34,417 bases of DNA from Octopus bimaculoides (lineage: Eukaryota), in the NCBI RefSeq assembly GCF_001194135.2, contig NC_068989.1, positions 81,569,887 to 81,604,303 on the forward strand, written 5' to 3'. Shown one piece after another: positions 21,059-32,019 of this stretch. A program made the translations under genes and the position numbers. The notes under the pieces were generated by a model, which searched no databases, was not told where the DNA came from, and saw only the letters and a program-made list of their open reading frames with translations. Within the stretch, counting starts at the first letter, position 1. Every line of letters starts with the position of its first letter.

Positions 21059-21062
<4 letters not shown>

Positions 21063-22289
21063 GGGTGTTACAAAGGATTACAGAAAGGTATCGGGACCAA
21101 TGATCTATAGAATTTACAGTTCAGTGAGTCTAGACATACTGACACAGGTTGCTGTCTGGAATACTGAAAACTCTAGAGAATCTTTCCTGTACAAACATAT
21201 TGATACATGTACTGCAGAAGTTGTACAAGGCTGAAGAATCTATATAAAGAGTTTAGTTAACTTTAAGTTTAGTTAAATAAGGAGAAAGCTAGTGAAAGCT
21301 ACAAGAAAGCTAGTGATAAGAGGTTATGTAAATCTTGCGACAGGATTATATACAAGGATATCAGTGGAAAGGTACAATAAGCAGTAAAAGAATGTGTGAT
21401 TTGCAGGTAGAGTATATTTGGATAAACTAAGGAGAACAGGGAATAAAAGGCATCAAGTATTGATGTCTGTGAAAGTTTGAGTGGAGAAAAAGGTTGAAGA
21501 GAAAAATTAAGAAAATAAATAACAAAGACAATGATGAGTTGAGGGTGGGGATATACAAATATGGACAAATTCATGGTAAATAAAGCAAGGATAATGAAGA
21601 TTTCAGATTTTTAGTGGAAATGATGTGTGTGGATTTGACAATGATTGAGATGAGGAGTATTATTAAAAAAAAAAACCTATCCAATATAAAAAAAGAATTA
21701 TATAAAATTGATGGTGATGAGGAGGTAAAATAAATTACAGACATATAACAAGAGAATTGGGTAAAAAAACAGGTGATTAAATATTGTGAGTTGCTGGTGG
21801 ATAATTGAGTGTTGAGATAAAGGACAGGGAAAATCTGATGTTAAACCTGATCTAACAAGAAAACAACTGAGAGGACATTACTAAATGACAACAAATTAAA
21901 AAGAGCCGACTAAATACACTTGTCTAACCCATACTAATAGTTAAACATTATTTAAAATATTTTAGCAATGAAATTATTCATTAATAAAAAAAAATAATAA
22001 TCTCCAATTTAAAAAAAAGGGGTTAAAAAAGAAATTAGTAAAAGACAAGATGACAGCTGTAATTATATATTAAAATATATAATTATAGACAGAGAACGAG
22101 GCTTCTCTTATGGTCACCTCTTGTCAATAAAAACATTAAGTCAGAGAAAAAAAAAACAAATACCAGTAGATTAATAACTCAAAAATGATTTAGATACTCC
22201 ACTTTTAGGTGACTTTTTCATATAACTTGTCAACACAAGACAGTTAGTAATAATTATTGGTGGTACATGAAAGAGAAAAGGGTCAAATG

Positions 22290-22450
22290 GTGCAGGCACA
22301 ACTATGTTGTTAAGTTCTCTTTCCAGCCTCATGGTTCTGAGTTCAATCTTCACAATACAATACCTTGGAGAAGTGTCTTCTATCATAGCCTTGGATTAAC
22401 TAATATCTTATGGGTAGAATTTCAGAGATAGAAATTGTGCTGAAGCCCAT
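22290..22450 (+). mobile_element. Degenerate SINE family A head
   Basis: GAGTTCAATC B-box-like motif, TACCTTGGAGAAGTGTCTTCTATCATAGCC core and GAAGCCC. Confidence 0.55.
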
Positions 22451-22938
22451 CTTTTTTTTTTTTTTACACACAATTTTGATAGTGACTTCAAAAATTTTAA
22501 CATGGAACAGCTAATTCAAACATTCTGAATAAGACATGACCTAGTAAAACTTCAAGTCACTGTCAATAGAATTACAATATTAGACTGTCTACATATCAAG
22601 AACTTTATTCAATCTAAGTGTTCATTGTTTTTATGCAAATAAAAACACTAATTCTAACTACAGAGTCACAAAGTTATTTGAGATACTTGTTCAATATGAA
22701 CTTCCTTGTAACTGTCACCATGGGATGAATCAGAGACTAAACTATTAAAAGCCTGGAATCCATGACATTATTGTACACAAATTGAGATACAAAATAAATA
22801 AATGAGAGCAAAAACTTGGACTCCTACAGAAACTACTGGTAAAGACAATAATTTCTGTATTTCCAACTACTACCAACTAATGGGTAACAGTCAGAAAGAA
22901 AGAAATTTGAAAGAAATCATCTTATTTAGACTGGTGTT

Positions 22939-23156
22939 AAGGTGGTGAGCTGGCAGAAACATTAGAACACCAGGCGAAATGCTTAGTGGTATTTCGTCTG
23001 TCTTTATGTTCTGAGTTCAAATTCCACCAAGGTTGACTTTGCTTTTCATCTTTTCAGGTTCGATAAATTAAGTACCAGTTGCATACTGAGATTGATCTCA
23101 TCGACTGGCCCCCTCTCCCAAAATTTTGGGCCTTGTGCCTAAAGTAGAAAAAAAAA
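22939..23156 (+). mobile_element. SINE family B
   Basis: Collinear with 3352-3559. Confidence 0.85.
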
Positions 23157-23639
23157 GTTAATCTTATGTTTTAATTTCAACATTTAAACCCCCACCTACA
23201 ATCACTAGTAGTTGCCTATTTCATATTTACAGACCATCTATTGATAACTTTTAGTGATAGATAAAAAGTTATGTCAATAACTATATCAACCTACGTAAGA
23301 TTTCAAATGTCTTAAGTGTCACAACACTCCTATAGTTACCCAGTTAACATTTATCCTGGTTCATAAGATATGCCATCCAAAGAACTCTAGAATTGTTAAT
23401 TACCAGCTGGTTATCAGCCAGTCATTCATAAAGGATAGGCCATTAAAAGATTCTACCAAATGCACATATCTAAATATATCCAAATATAACTTAACCATTT
23501 TTTGCCTGTTACTAGTTTCAGTCTTTCAACTGTTGCCATGCTGGAGCATCATCTCAAAGGATTTAGTCTCAAATTGACCCCAGTACTTATTTTCAAGTCT
23601 GGTATCAGTCTCTTTTTGTTGATCTTCTAAGTAATTTCT

Positions 23640-23860
23640 GCAAGCTGCATGGCAACCTCAATAGTGCAGGTGGCAGGGAAAAAAAGCACCCAATACTGCT
23701 GTAAAGTGGTTGGCATTAAGAAGGATATCCAACCATAGACACCATGTCAAAACAGACATTGGAGCAATATGCAGTCCTTGAACACATCACATCATGTCAA
23801 ACTGTCCAGCCCATGCCAGCACTGTCCACAGACATTAAATCATGGTGACAATGACAATGA
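23640..23860 (+). mobile_element. Degenerate RTE-type 3'UTR fragment
   Basis: GTAAAGTGGTTGGCATTAAGAAGG...CCCATGCCAGCA...GACAATGAT tail. Confidence 0.65.
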
Positions 23861-23959
23861 TACTTATTTCATCAATGTGTATTTGTGAAACTGCTGTGTT
23901 GCATCACATCACCAAATTTAACTAACATAAATGAAAAACACAGATTACACACACACATT

Positions 23960-24110
23960 AGGCTTCCATGCCGTTTCTATCAACTAAAATTTCACTCAAG
24001 GCATTAATTGAGATTATTGTAGAAGGCTTTTGTCCAAGCTTCTACACAGTGGGACTGAACCCCAAACCACATACTTACAAAGCAAACTGTTTAACCATAC
24101 AACCATGCCT
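23960..24110 (-). mobile_element. Degenerate SINE family A head
   Basis: CAGTGGGACTGAACCC...AAGCAAAC, as at 34335-34380. Confidence 0.55.
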
Positions 24111-25358
24111 GCGTTTATGTCATTGATATGTTTGTTTATAGAATCCAGAACTCAATATGGTAGCTACTTTATTTAGTCCACTGAGACTGTGGGTTCAAAT
24201 CCAGCCATATGAACTTTTCTGATATGAGAGTATAATACAGCACAGTAAGATTTGTTAAATCTTCACAAATGTAGTTGTACAATAACAGAATAATATAGAT
24301 AAATTAGGTTTTTAATTATGTTCCATTATTAAGATTGTTTACTTCTTGATGTGAAGTGAAAAACAATAGAAAATAAATCTCAATGTAGAAGAGGGGACAA
24401 ATATATAAAAAGGACTATAGCTTTCGGAGATGATGCCTTCTAAGACTGCACATTCAGTACTACCTATGTGGACATTTGCTCCATGAAAAACCAATGCTTC
24501 AAACAAATTACAAAAAAATAACCATGGAATTTTCCTAAGCAGTGCTAGTCCCTATATTAAATTATTAATCTTTAAGTTGAAGTGACATTAAGTTTGCAGT
24601 AAGCTAGACTAATGTAATGAGAGCATCTTGGACAAAATGAAAAACAAAGCTAACTACTTTTGTATAAATTTTAGAATTCTGTTCACTTTTCAAAATAAGA
24701 TGATTCTGATGGATTTAGATTGCAGACATAATTCAGTTTGGATGAATATCAAGTGATTAAAATGACTCGTTTTAGTTATACAAATTGATTCTGGATGAAA
24801 GAAAATATGCTATTTTAAGATATAAGTGGAATGCTGAACAAATCTCTCTTTTACAAAACAATTTAGAAATGTCACCAATGATGACAGAGTAAACACTAAA
24901 CTATTTAGTTCAACAGGATATTTTCTATGTTTACTATGTCCCTATGTGGAATTGCTAAGACAAATGGAACAGCAAAGTTATCAAACTCTCTGACTCTTTT
25001 AATGCTTTAGCTGTTTTAGAGTCACTTTAGCATACCACTATGACTGTAGTAGTATTGAAAATTAGGCTATTCACATGTTGCAAAAAGCTTTTACAGTTGA
25101 ATAACTTTTCCTGCCATAAACTCTCAGATCAATGTGGGATGTGGTCTTGTTAAATAAATAGTAAAAGGTACTCCATATGTACTCAATGTAAGCAATAACT
25201 TACTCACACAATGTAGTGAGATGGCAGGCTAAATCAGAACCAGGTTATCACATGCGTTAAATGTATGAATATTTAACAGGCGCACTCATGAAATGTAGTC
25301 CAAGGACTGTTTAGTCTCCTAGATGTAGTTGGTAGTTTGTTACCAAGGTGATCTAACT

Positions 25359-25628
25359 AATGTCATTAACTAATTCTCACCAGATTTACTCTTAGCTTTT
25401 AAAGGCTTAATATATTAACACTAGTAAATTTTATAACCTCAAAATATTTAATAAGACAATGTTACATAATTTGCTAAAGAGGAAGGATGAACTGAGCAAA
25501 CAACAATCCCACCTTACTTTGCTAGTAAATAATTGAATATTTTGAGCTTAATAAAATTTACTGTTGTTAATATATATTAAGCCTTTAAAAGCTAAGAGCA
25601 AATCTATTGAGAATTATTCAGTGACATT
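25359..25628. repeat. Long fold-back inverted repeat (MITE-like)
   Basis: Arm 25359-25453 is the near reverse complement of 25531-25628, for example CTCTTAGCTTTTAAAGGCTTAATATAT with ATATTAAGCCTTTAAAAGCTAAGAG. Spacer about 77 nt. Confidence 0.85.
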
Positions 25629-25767
25629 TTTATTTTCCAGTAAATAGAAGGTAACTTTGGACAGGTTTTAGTTCTACTCTGCCAGCTACATATAACCATC
25701 ACTATATTTGCCAAATTGCCTTCAGTTTGTGCTGTGAATGTTCTAGAGGTATTGCATGTAACTCCTA

Positions 25768-25799
<32 letters not shown>

Positions 25800-25806
25800 G
25801 CGTGTG
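25768..25806. repeat. (GT)n microsatellite
   Basis: GT repeat with GC interruptions. Confidence 0.9.
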
Positions 25807-25869
25807 TTGTATGTTTATGTTGTTGAAAGTCTTGTATTCAATGTTTTATGGCATTGCTAGTAAGAAGGG

Positions 25870-26105
25870 AGACAGTGGGTTTGGTAAATGTTACAGTAAA
25901 CATTTTGGAGCAGGTGTCTAGGTGAAAGTAAGAGCATCAGTACAGCTCTTGAAAATGGTTTGAGGGTGATATTTGCATAAGTGACTCTGTGGATATTCTA
26001 GGGAGAGGTGAAAATAACATGTAGGTACAAATTGAAAAGTGTGGTTAAAAGGATGAACCCCCATAGTGCTCCATTCAGGAAATAGCAAGTTTGGGAAATG
26101 ATTTT
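25870..26105 (-). mobile_element. Short non-LTR RT remnant
   Basis: The minus strand gives NGALWG/FILLTTLFNLYLH and HRVTYANITL, resembling GxPQGSVLxPTLFNLY and YADD. Confidence 0.45.
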
Positions 26106-26153
26106 GTACATTAATAAGTAATCTGACAAGTAGTTTGCCAGTGGGTTGTTTAA

Positions 26154-26622
26154 CCCTTTAGTATTTAAACCAGGGCTGTGGATTCAGAGTTGGAAATAAT
26201 TAAGGGGTAGCTGGATAGGAGTCGGTAAAACTATACCGACTCCAACTCACACTTTATTCTTTAATATAAACCGGTTATAACATATAGGCCTACTCAGAGT
26301 ACACGTTTATGCACATGCTTTATGAGATATGTAGACCACAACCACTTAATTACATAAAGAGGAATCAGTGGTGCCAATAGTAGAGGAGTTGAAGATTTTT
26401 GTTTCAACTCCACAGCCCTGATTTAAACTGGACATATCCCAGCCAAATATTGTTTTATGTTCAAACCAGCTAGATCTGGCTTCTCACATCTACACTACAA
26501 TATCATTCTAAAACAAATAATCACATCATTGAAATCTCAAAGCTCTGAGACAATGCATGATTAATTTAAAACAATACGAATGAAAGACCATTATGCTCGA
26601 CAGAAATCTGAATGTTAAAAGT
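26154..26622 (+). mobile_element. TTAA-type MITE, copy 3, interrupted by a hAT MITE
   Basis: TTAA-CCCTTTAGTATTTAAAC start. After the insert the sequence resumes and aligns with 17140-17340. Confidence 0.75.
26171..26420. mobile_element. hAT-type MITE, 250 bp, 8-bp TSD
   Basis: Perfect 12-bp TIRs CAGGGCTGTGGA and TCCACAGCCCTG. TSD ATTTAAAC at 26163-26170 and 26421-26428. Confidence 0.9.
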
Positions 26623-27177
26623 TGGATAGTGGGAAATAGAGTCAAAAGCATTGACATTGCATTTAAAATTGTGTATCCTTTATGTTAGAGCCATGAATAG
26701 TGTGGTAATTGAATGCAATGGTCTACAACAGTGTTGCATTTTGAAGGAGATTGTGTGGGTCACTTATACTGTGTCAAGAATTAGCTTTGAATTTTTTTTG
26801 AATGGCTATGATTTTGTCCCACTTTAAGATTTTGGAAATTTGACAATGCTGGTAGGAGTAATTGCAGATGTTGGTGTGTGCATTAAGTCCTTCAGGTCCT
26901 TGGTGTTTTGAGTGTGTATTTGTGGATACACACATTTTGTTTAGCTCTGACTCAACACCGAGTAGACTGATGATCAAAGGCTTTCCATCCTAGACCACTC
27001 CACCATTCTTTTCAGACAATGTACCTTGAATTACAATATCTAATGTCTTACAGTTTGGGGTATGAAGAAGTTCTGATAGTGGGAATGATCTTGTAGAGGC
27101 CTCCTCATCGATTCAATGGTTTTAGTGGTCACATGTACACTGGTTTGTGAATGTCAATGACATATTTTAAGTATATA

Positions 27178-28423
27178 TTGGGTTGGCAAGAAAGTAATTT
27201 AGGTTTTTTAGAGTGAAATAAGTCATTTTTTTTCATACAAAGAATAAACTTTTATCAATTATATATTTTCCATTTTGTTCAATGATCTTTTGTCATCTTT
27301 CTGGCAACTTCATGATTCTGTGCTCATGGAACTTCTGGTCCATATCAGCCAAAAAACTGAAGTAAATGTGATTTCAAGTTATCATCATTATTGAAAGTTT
27401 TACCATTCAAAGAATTTTGCAAACTTCAAAATAAATGGCAATCTGATGGTGCAAGGTCAAGGATATATGGTGGATGTGACATCACTTCCCAAACAAGCTC
27501 CAATAACTTTTCACAAGTTAGCAAAGATGTGTTTGGTCTAGCGTTGTCATAGTGGAACACGATTCCTTTACGATTTGCCAATTCTGGCCATTTTTCTTTG
27601 ATTGCTTCCTCCAGTTTCATTAGTTGTTGACAGTAAACATGTGAATTGATCGTTTGGTTCCTTGGAAGCAGTTCAAACAAATACCACCAAATTGACAGCA
27701 AGACCTTTTTTTGATGCAATTCAGCTTTTAATCCGATTTGTGCTGGCTCATCACGTTTGAATTATGATCGTTTTCGAGTGATGTTCTTGTGGACAATCCA
27801 TGTTCCATCATCAGTGATGATTCGTTTTAAAAAAAAAGTCAATTCCATCACGTGTGAGATGTATATGGCAAATATTGATTCGTTATGTTAAGTGCATCTC
27901 TTTCAATTTATGTGGAACCCAAATATCGAGCTTCTTAACGAATCAAGACATTTTAAGTGATTTTCTATTATTGTGTGTGATACATTTAACCTTTCCGCAA
28001 TCTCTCGCATAGTTTATATGACAATCAGAATCAATTATGGCTTTGATTCGGTCATCAAATTCAGTAGGTTGACCAGAACGTTGGTCATCTTTGAGTGAAA
28101 AATCTCCAGAACGGAAATTTTAAACCATTTCTGACATGTGCGTTCTATTAAACAATCAACACCATAAACTTTGTGAGTCCCAGCAGCTTTCTTGTCTCTA
28201 CGAGAATAAAGCAAAATATGGCGAAAAAGTTCGTTTTTGCACTCCATGTTAAAATTGGCACTGAACTAACAGCTGTTAACAAAATTACGCACAATTTGCT
28301 TCTAAAGTAAGCTATAAATAACGGTTATCAAATGTCAAAGGGGAAACTTCATAACACTGACAAGTCATTAAAAAAGTCTTAATTCCATTTGCGAAAAACG
28401 AAATTACTTTTTTGCCAACCCAA
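27178..28423 (-). mobile_element. Full-length but inactivated mariner (D,D34D), mellifera-subfamily-like
   Basis: TA at 27176-27177 and 28424-28425. TIRs TTGGGTTGGCAAGAAAGTAATTT match at 22/23. ORF pieces MECKNELFRHILL...ERTCQKWF (28247 start) and HYDNARP-x-DLAPSDCHLF have 34 residues between the 2nd and 3rd Asp. Several frameshifts and stops. Confidence 0.92.
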
Positions 28424-29546
28424 TAATTGTCAATAATCATGTCATAATCATTTTCTTGATGTATGAGGTGGAAGTAAACAGATTAAGACACACAAATACA
28501 CATCTGTCATAATTTCATTCAGATATACAATTATTACATTTTCTCCCAGTACTTGATTGATAGATTTTATCGACCTCGGAAAAGCGAAAGACAAAGCTGC
28601 TCTTTAGCACTATTAAAAACTAGAACGAAAAGTACCGTAGGTAAACACAAGTATTTTGTCCGACGCTGTCGGCAAAACCATTTATAAGGCTAACCCATTC
28701 ATTTCTAGAACTTTGAACTTACGTTTACATAAACAGAATATCTATTTACGTAGCCTCAAGTATTTATATTATTCACCGAGTACAATGTGAAAAGTCACCA
28801 TAGTGCGTGGAGCTAACTCGTTTTGTCTTACACTCTACTCGCAGTTTTCGTGACACATAACTGTCTAGAATTCAAGTCATTCACCTCAGGAAATCAGAAC
28901 TAAGAATTTATTCACAAATAAAGTCTTTCACCCTTCACCACCAACAGGACGAGGGCAGAAGACAAAGTTTAATATACAATATTATAATTATTAGATGACA
29001 GAAGTAGACAGTGGAAACCAAGTACCTATAATATGCAAATCTTAATATAATTTATAATTTTTGTCCATTCACGGAGAAAAACAATTAGAAAAAAGTCCAA
29101 AAATGTATATGTAGGGCTTTAATTACAGACATGGAACGAAAACGATCTAGCAACTGTCAATTAGATGTAACTAGTGTGAAAAATACATTATATTTTATAA
29201 GAATTAAAAGTGTTAAAGTTAGTAAATATTAACTTGTAGAAGCTACACAGTAAAAATAACCATAAAAGAAAGCATTAAAAGTTTTTTAAGGTCAGTCAGA
29301 ACATGTATAAGTGCTAAACTAAACTATGTCAGTTGATATATGTTCAATGATTATACTTGTGTTTAAACTCATCTTGGTATATGTGGCGAATATACGAAAG
29401 TAGTAAGCTAGCTGGTACATCTGCTGAGATATACCAGTTATACAAAGACAGCCAGAACATATAGAGATACTATATCAGTGCACAGAGCCAGTTGGTACAT
29501 GTAACATACATATATAATCAAAACAGTTTGATTCAGACTCCTTGGT

Positions 29547-29659
29547 ACTCCGAGTGTGAATCAAACTGTTTTGATCTATACAACTCCGAGTGTGAATCAA
29601 ACTGTTTTGATCTATACAACTCCGAGTGTGAATCAAACTGTTTTGATCTATACAACTCC
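29547..29659. repeat. 36-bp tandem repeat (3 identical copies plus a stub) preceded by an inverted copy
   Basis: ACTCCGAGTGTGAATCAAACTGTTTTGATCTATACA at 29547, 29583 and 29619. Inverted 24-mer at 29517-29540. Confidence 0.95.
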
Positions 29660-29743
29660 CAATGTGTTGAGTGCCCATCTTTCGTTTGTCTACTCACTTG
29701 TGTGTGCGCGTGTGTGTATTATATATATACAGTGTGTGTGTGT

Positions 29744-30073
29744 GAAGGCGCATGCCTCTGTTGTTAGAACGTCGGGTTCACAATCATGAGATAGTGAGTT
29801 CGATTTCGGGGCCGGACTGTGTGTTATGTTGTGTTCTTGAGGGAGGCACTGTATTTCACCTTGCTCCAGTTCACTCAACCGTAGAAATAAGTTGCGACGT
29901 CACTGGTACCAAACTGTATCGGCCTTTCCCTTGGATAACATCGGTGGCATGGAGATGGGCAGCTGGTATGCATGAGCGACTCCTGGTCTTCCATAAACGA
30001 CCTTGCTCGGAGGGGGACCTTTCTAAGTGCAATCCCGCAATCATTTATGATCGAGGGGGGGGGGTCTTTATTT

Positions 30074-30075
<2 letters not shown>
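29744..30075 (+). mobile_element. tRNA-headed SINE (separate family)
   Basis: GGCGCATG head, GAGTTCGATTTC B-box-like motif, CTTGAGGGAGGCACTGTATTTCACCTTGCTCCAGTTCACTCA core. CpG-rich relative to background and ends at (TA)n. Confidence 0.65.
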
Positions 30076-30120
<45 letters not shown>

Positions 30121-30530
30121 TATGTGTGTGTGCGGATCGTTTGTAGAAATACATAAATCCGCAGAAGCACACTCTAAGTAGAGCAATTATATGAAATCTT
30201 GACCTAATGCATTTATATATATATAGTGTTACAGTACTAGCCAGGACATGTTGAGATACTATATATTTATATACGAAAACAACCAGTACATGTACAGAGA
30301 TATACTAGCGTAAGGAAAACTATTAATAAATATCACATTAGTGTACTAAACGAGCTCATTCAATAATACCAGACACATTAATTACGACATTGGGTAATAT
30401 AAAAAAAAAAGCTCATCTATATCGTTGTTACATTTATTAGAATAAGAAAGAGCTGTTGTAACTGGAAGATATTTGACTAGAAGATAATAACTAGTCATGT
30501 AGAGTTGTGAAATTAAGAATAAAGACTTAC

Positions 30531-30750
30531 GTTGGGGTATTCGTCCAAGCCCTCGACATGTAGGGCACTGTTTACTGCCTTTCATTAATTCCTCATACCC
30601 AGTATTAAAGTTGGACGGGTCAGGACTGCTGGAAGTAGTTTGAATATTATCTAATTCCTTTGAAGCATCATCTGATGCATACGGTTCATTAACGAATGTT
30701 TTGTACCCGTTACTACTCATGGCTCGGGTATTATTTGAAGTGGAAGTCAT
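30531..30750 (-). CDS. TMEM106B: TMEM106B-like, coding exon 1: MTSTSNN...GYEELMKGSKQCPTCRGLGRIPQ
   Basis: Start context GCCACCATG; 220 nt, phase 1; GTAAGT donor at 30530-30525. CPTCxGxGRIP is the TMEM106 signature. Confidence 0.95.
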
Positions 30751-31290
30751 GGTGGCTGTTCAGTAAATCAAGTTGTTCCACTACGACCAGAAATTACTGG
30801 TTTTTAGACAGAATAATAGAATAGTAGAAGAATTTATCCAAGCAGCTTTCTGAATAGAATCCTCGTTCTGTAGAGGTTATGTGCACGAATTACTGACAAT
30901 TCACTGTCAACTACGTTCATTGTAAAACGTTTCACATTCTGGTTCAGTGCTTCCTTAACACATATGTAATGAAAAATTCAATGTGTATTCGATTGTAAAA
31001 TAGAAAGCAATAATTCAAACAGCTGTACAATCAATGGATATCGTTGTGTGTGTGTGTGTGTGAAGTAAGTTACATGCACCGTCAACAAACTTCAGCTGGT
31101 TTTCTGGGTAAAGAAGTCAAGTTTCTTGTTGGCAATATCAAATGTAAATGAAACATTCCATTGTCTGCTGAGATAAGAGTTTAATGTGGAATCCAGAGAG
31201 GTATACTATGAGGGAACAGTCGTCCACCAGATCACAATGTTTTAACATCGATACATTTGAGAGACATAACAACATCTACAGGACTCGCTA

Positions 31291-31298
31291 TGACGTCA
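31291..31298. promoter_or_regulatory. Palindromic CRE-type site TGACGTCA in the putative promoter region
   Basis: Exact octamer about 540 nt upstream of the ATG. Function untested. Confidence 0.35.
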
Positions 31299-31319
31299 CA
31301 TAGCACATGTACTCTAAAG

Positions 31320-31690
31320 CTCTCTTTTGCGCCTCTCTCTTTCTTTCTGTTTTATACTCTTTCTACTACTCACCGGCGACTGCATGATTCTCACTAAATT
31401 CTTCTTTCTCTCATTCACTCACTCACTCTTTACTATTACTACTACTACGACGACAGTTCTTTCTTTACTTCTCACAAAGCGCCTTTGTCTCTCTCTCTCT
31501 CTACTAATTTCCCACTCCCTTTCTAGCCTCACATTTCATTGAGTACCACTTACCTCTTTCTCCTTATATCTTTATCTCTTATTTTTATTACATGTTCATC
31601 TCATTCACATTCTCTCATATTTATTTATATCAATTCAAAAGAATGCTTCAATTTAAATCTTTCTTTTACTTTCCTTCCGTCTCTCTATTT
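31320..31690. repeat. CT-rich low-complexity tract
   Basis: Strong pyrimidine skew on the plus strand, with (CT)n and (ACT)n runs. Confidence 0.8.
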
Positions 31691-31850
31691 GATGGTGTGC
31701 GAACGATACGCGCATACACAGTGAGCCGTACACACACACACACGCATATTCACATGTATGTATTTGGTAATACAGAATCACTTTATCCGTCTCCTCCATA
31801 GAGAACCTGCGAATACAGTCAAATCATCAAGACTTGGTGGCTCTAATGTT

Positions 31851-31859
31851 AAAATGGCG
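31851..31859 (+). promoter_or_regulatory. YY1-like motif AAAATGGCG
   Basis: Matches AANATGGCG, which is typical near housekeeping TSSs. It points away from TMEM106B. Confidence 0.3.
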
Positions 31860-32019
31860 ACATTTGGGTGAAATGCGAAGCAAAGTACGAGATTTTTATC
31901 TGTATAAAAATTTAGATGCATTAAATCTAATTTTTTAATATTTCTTTTTATCTTACTTATTGAGTCTCTTCAGACTTATGCCTGTCCTCAAAAACATTTA
32001 GCATCATGCCATAAGTGTT

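Noticed and set aside
21060-21900. Purine-skewed stretch after the poly(A) tract, possibly an L1/Tx1 remnant on the minus strand
   Set aside because: Only faint RT-like words; cannot be supported without TBLASTX.
29547-29659. CRISPR-like 36-bp repeats
   Set aside because: The units are directly adjacent with no spacers, there are no cas genes, and the context is a eukaryotic intron.
30382-30530. C-terminal part of the 122-aa ORF 30382-30750
   Set aside because: Read-through past the GTAAGT donor; homology continues in the 64-nt exon instead.
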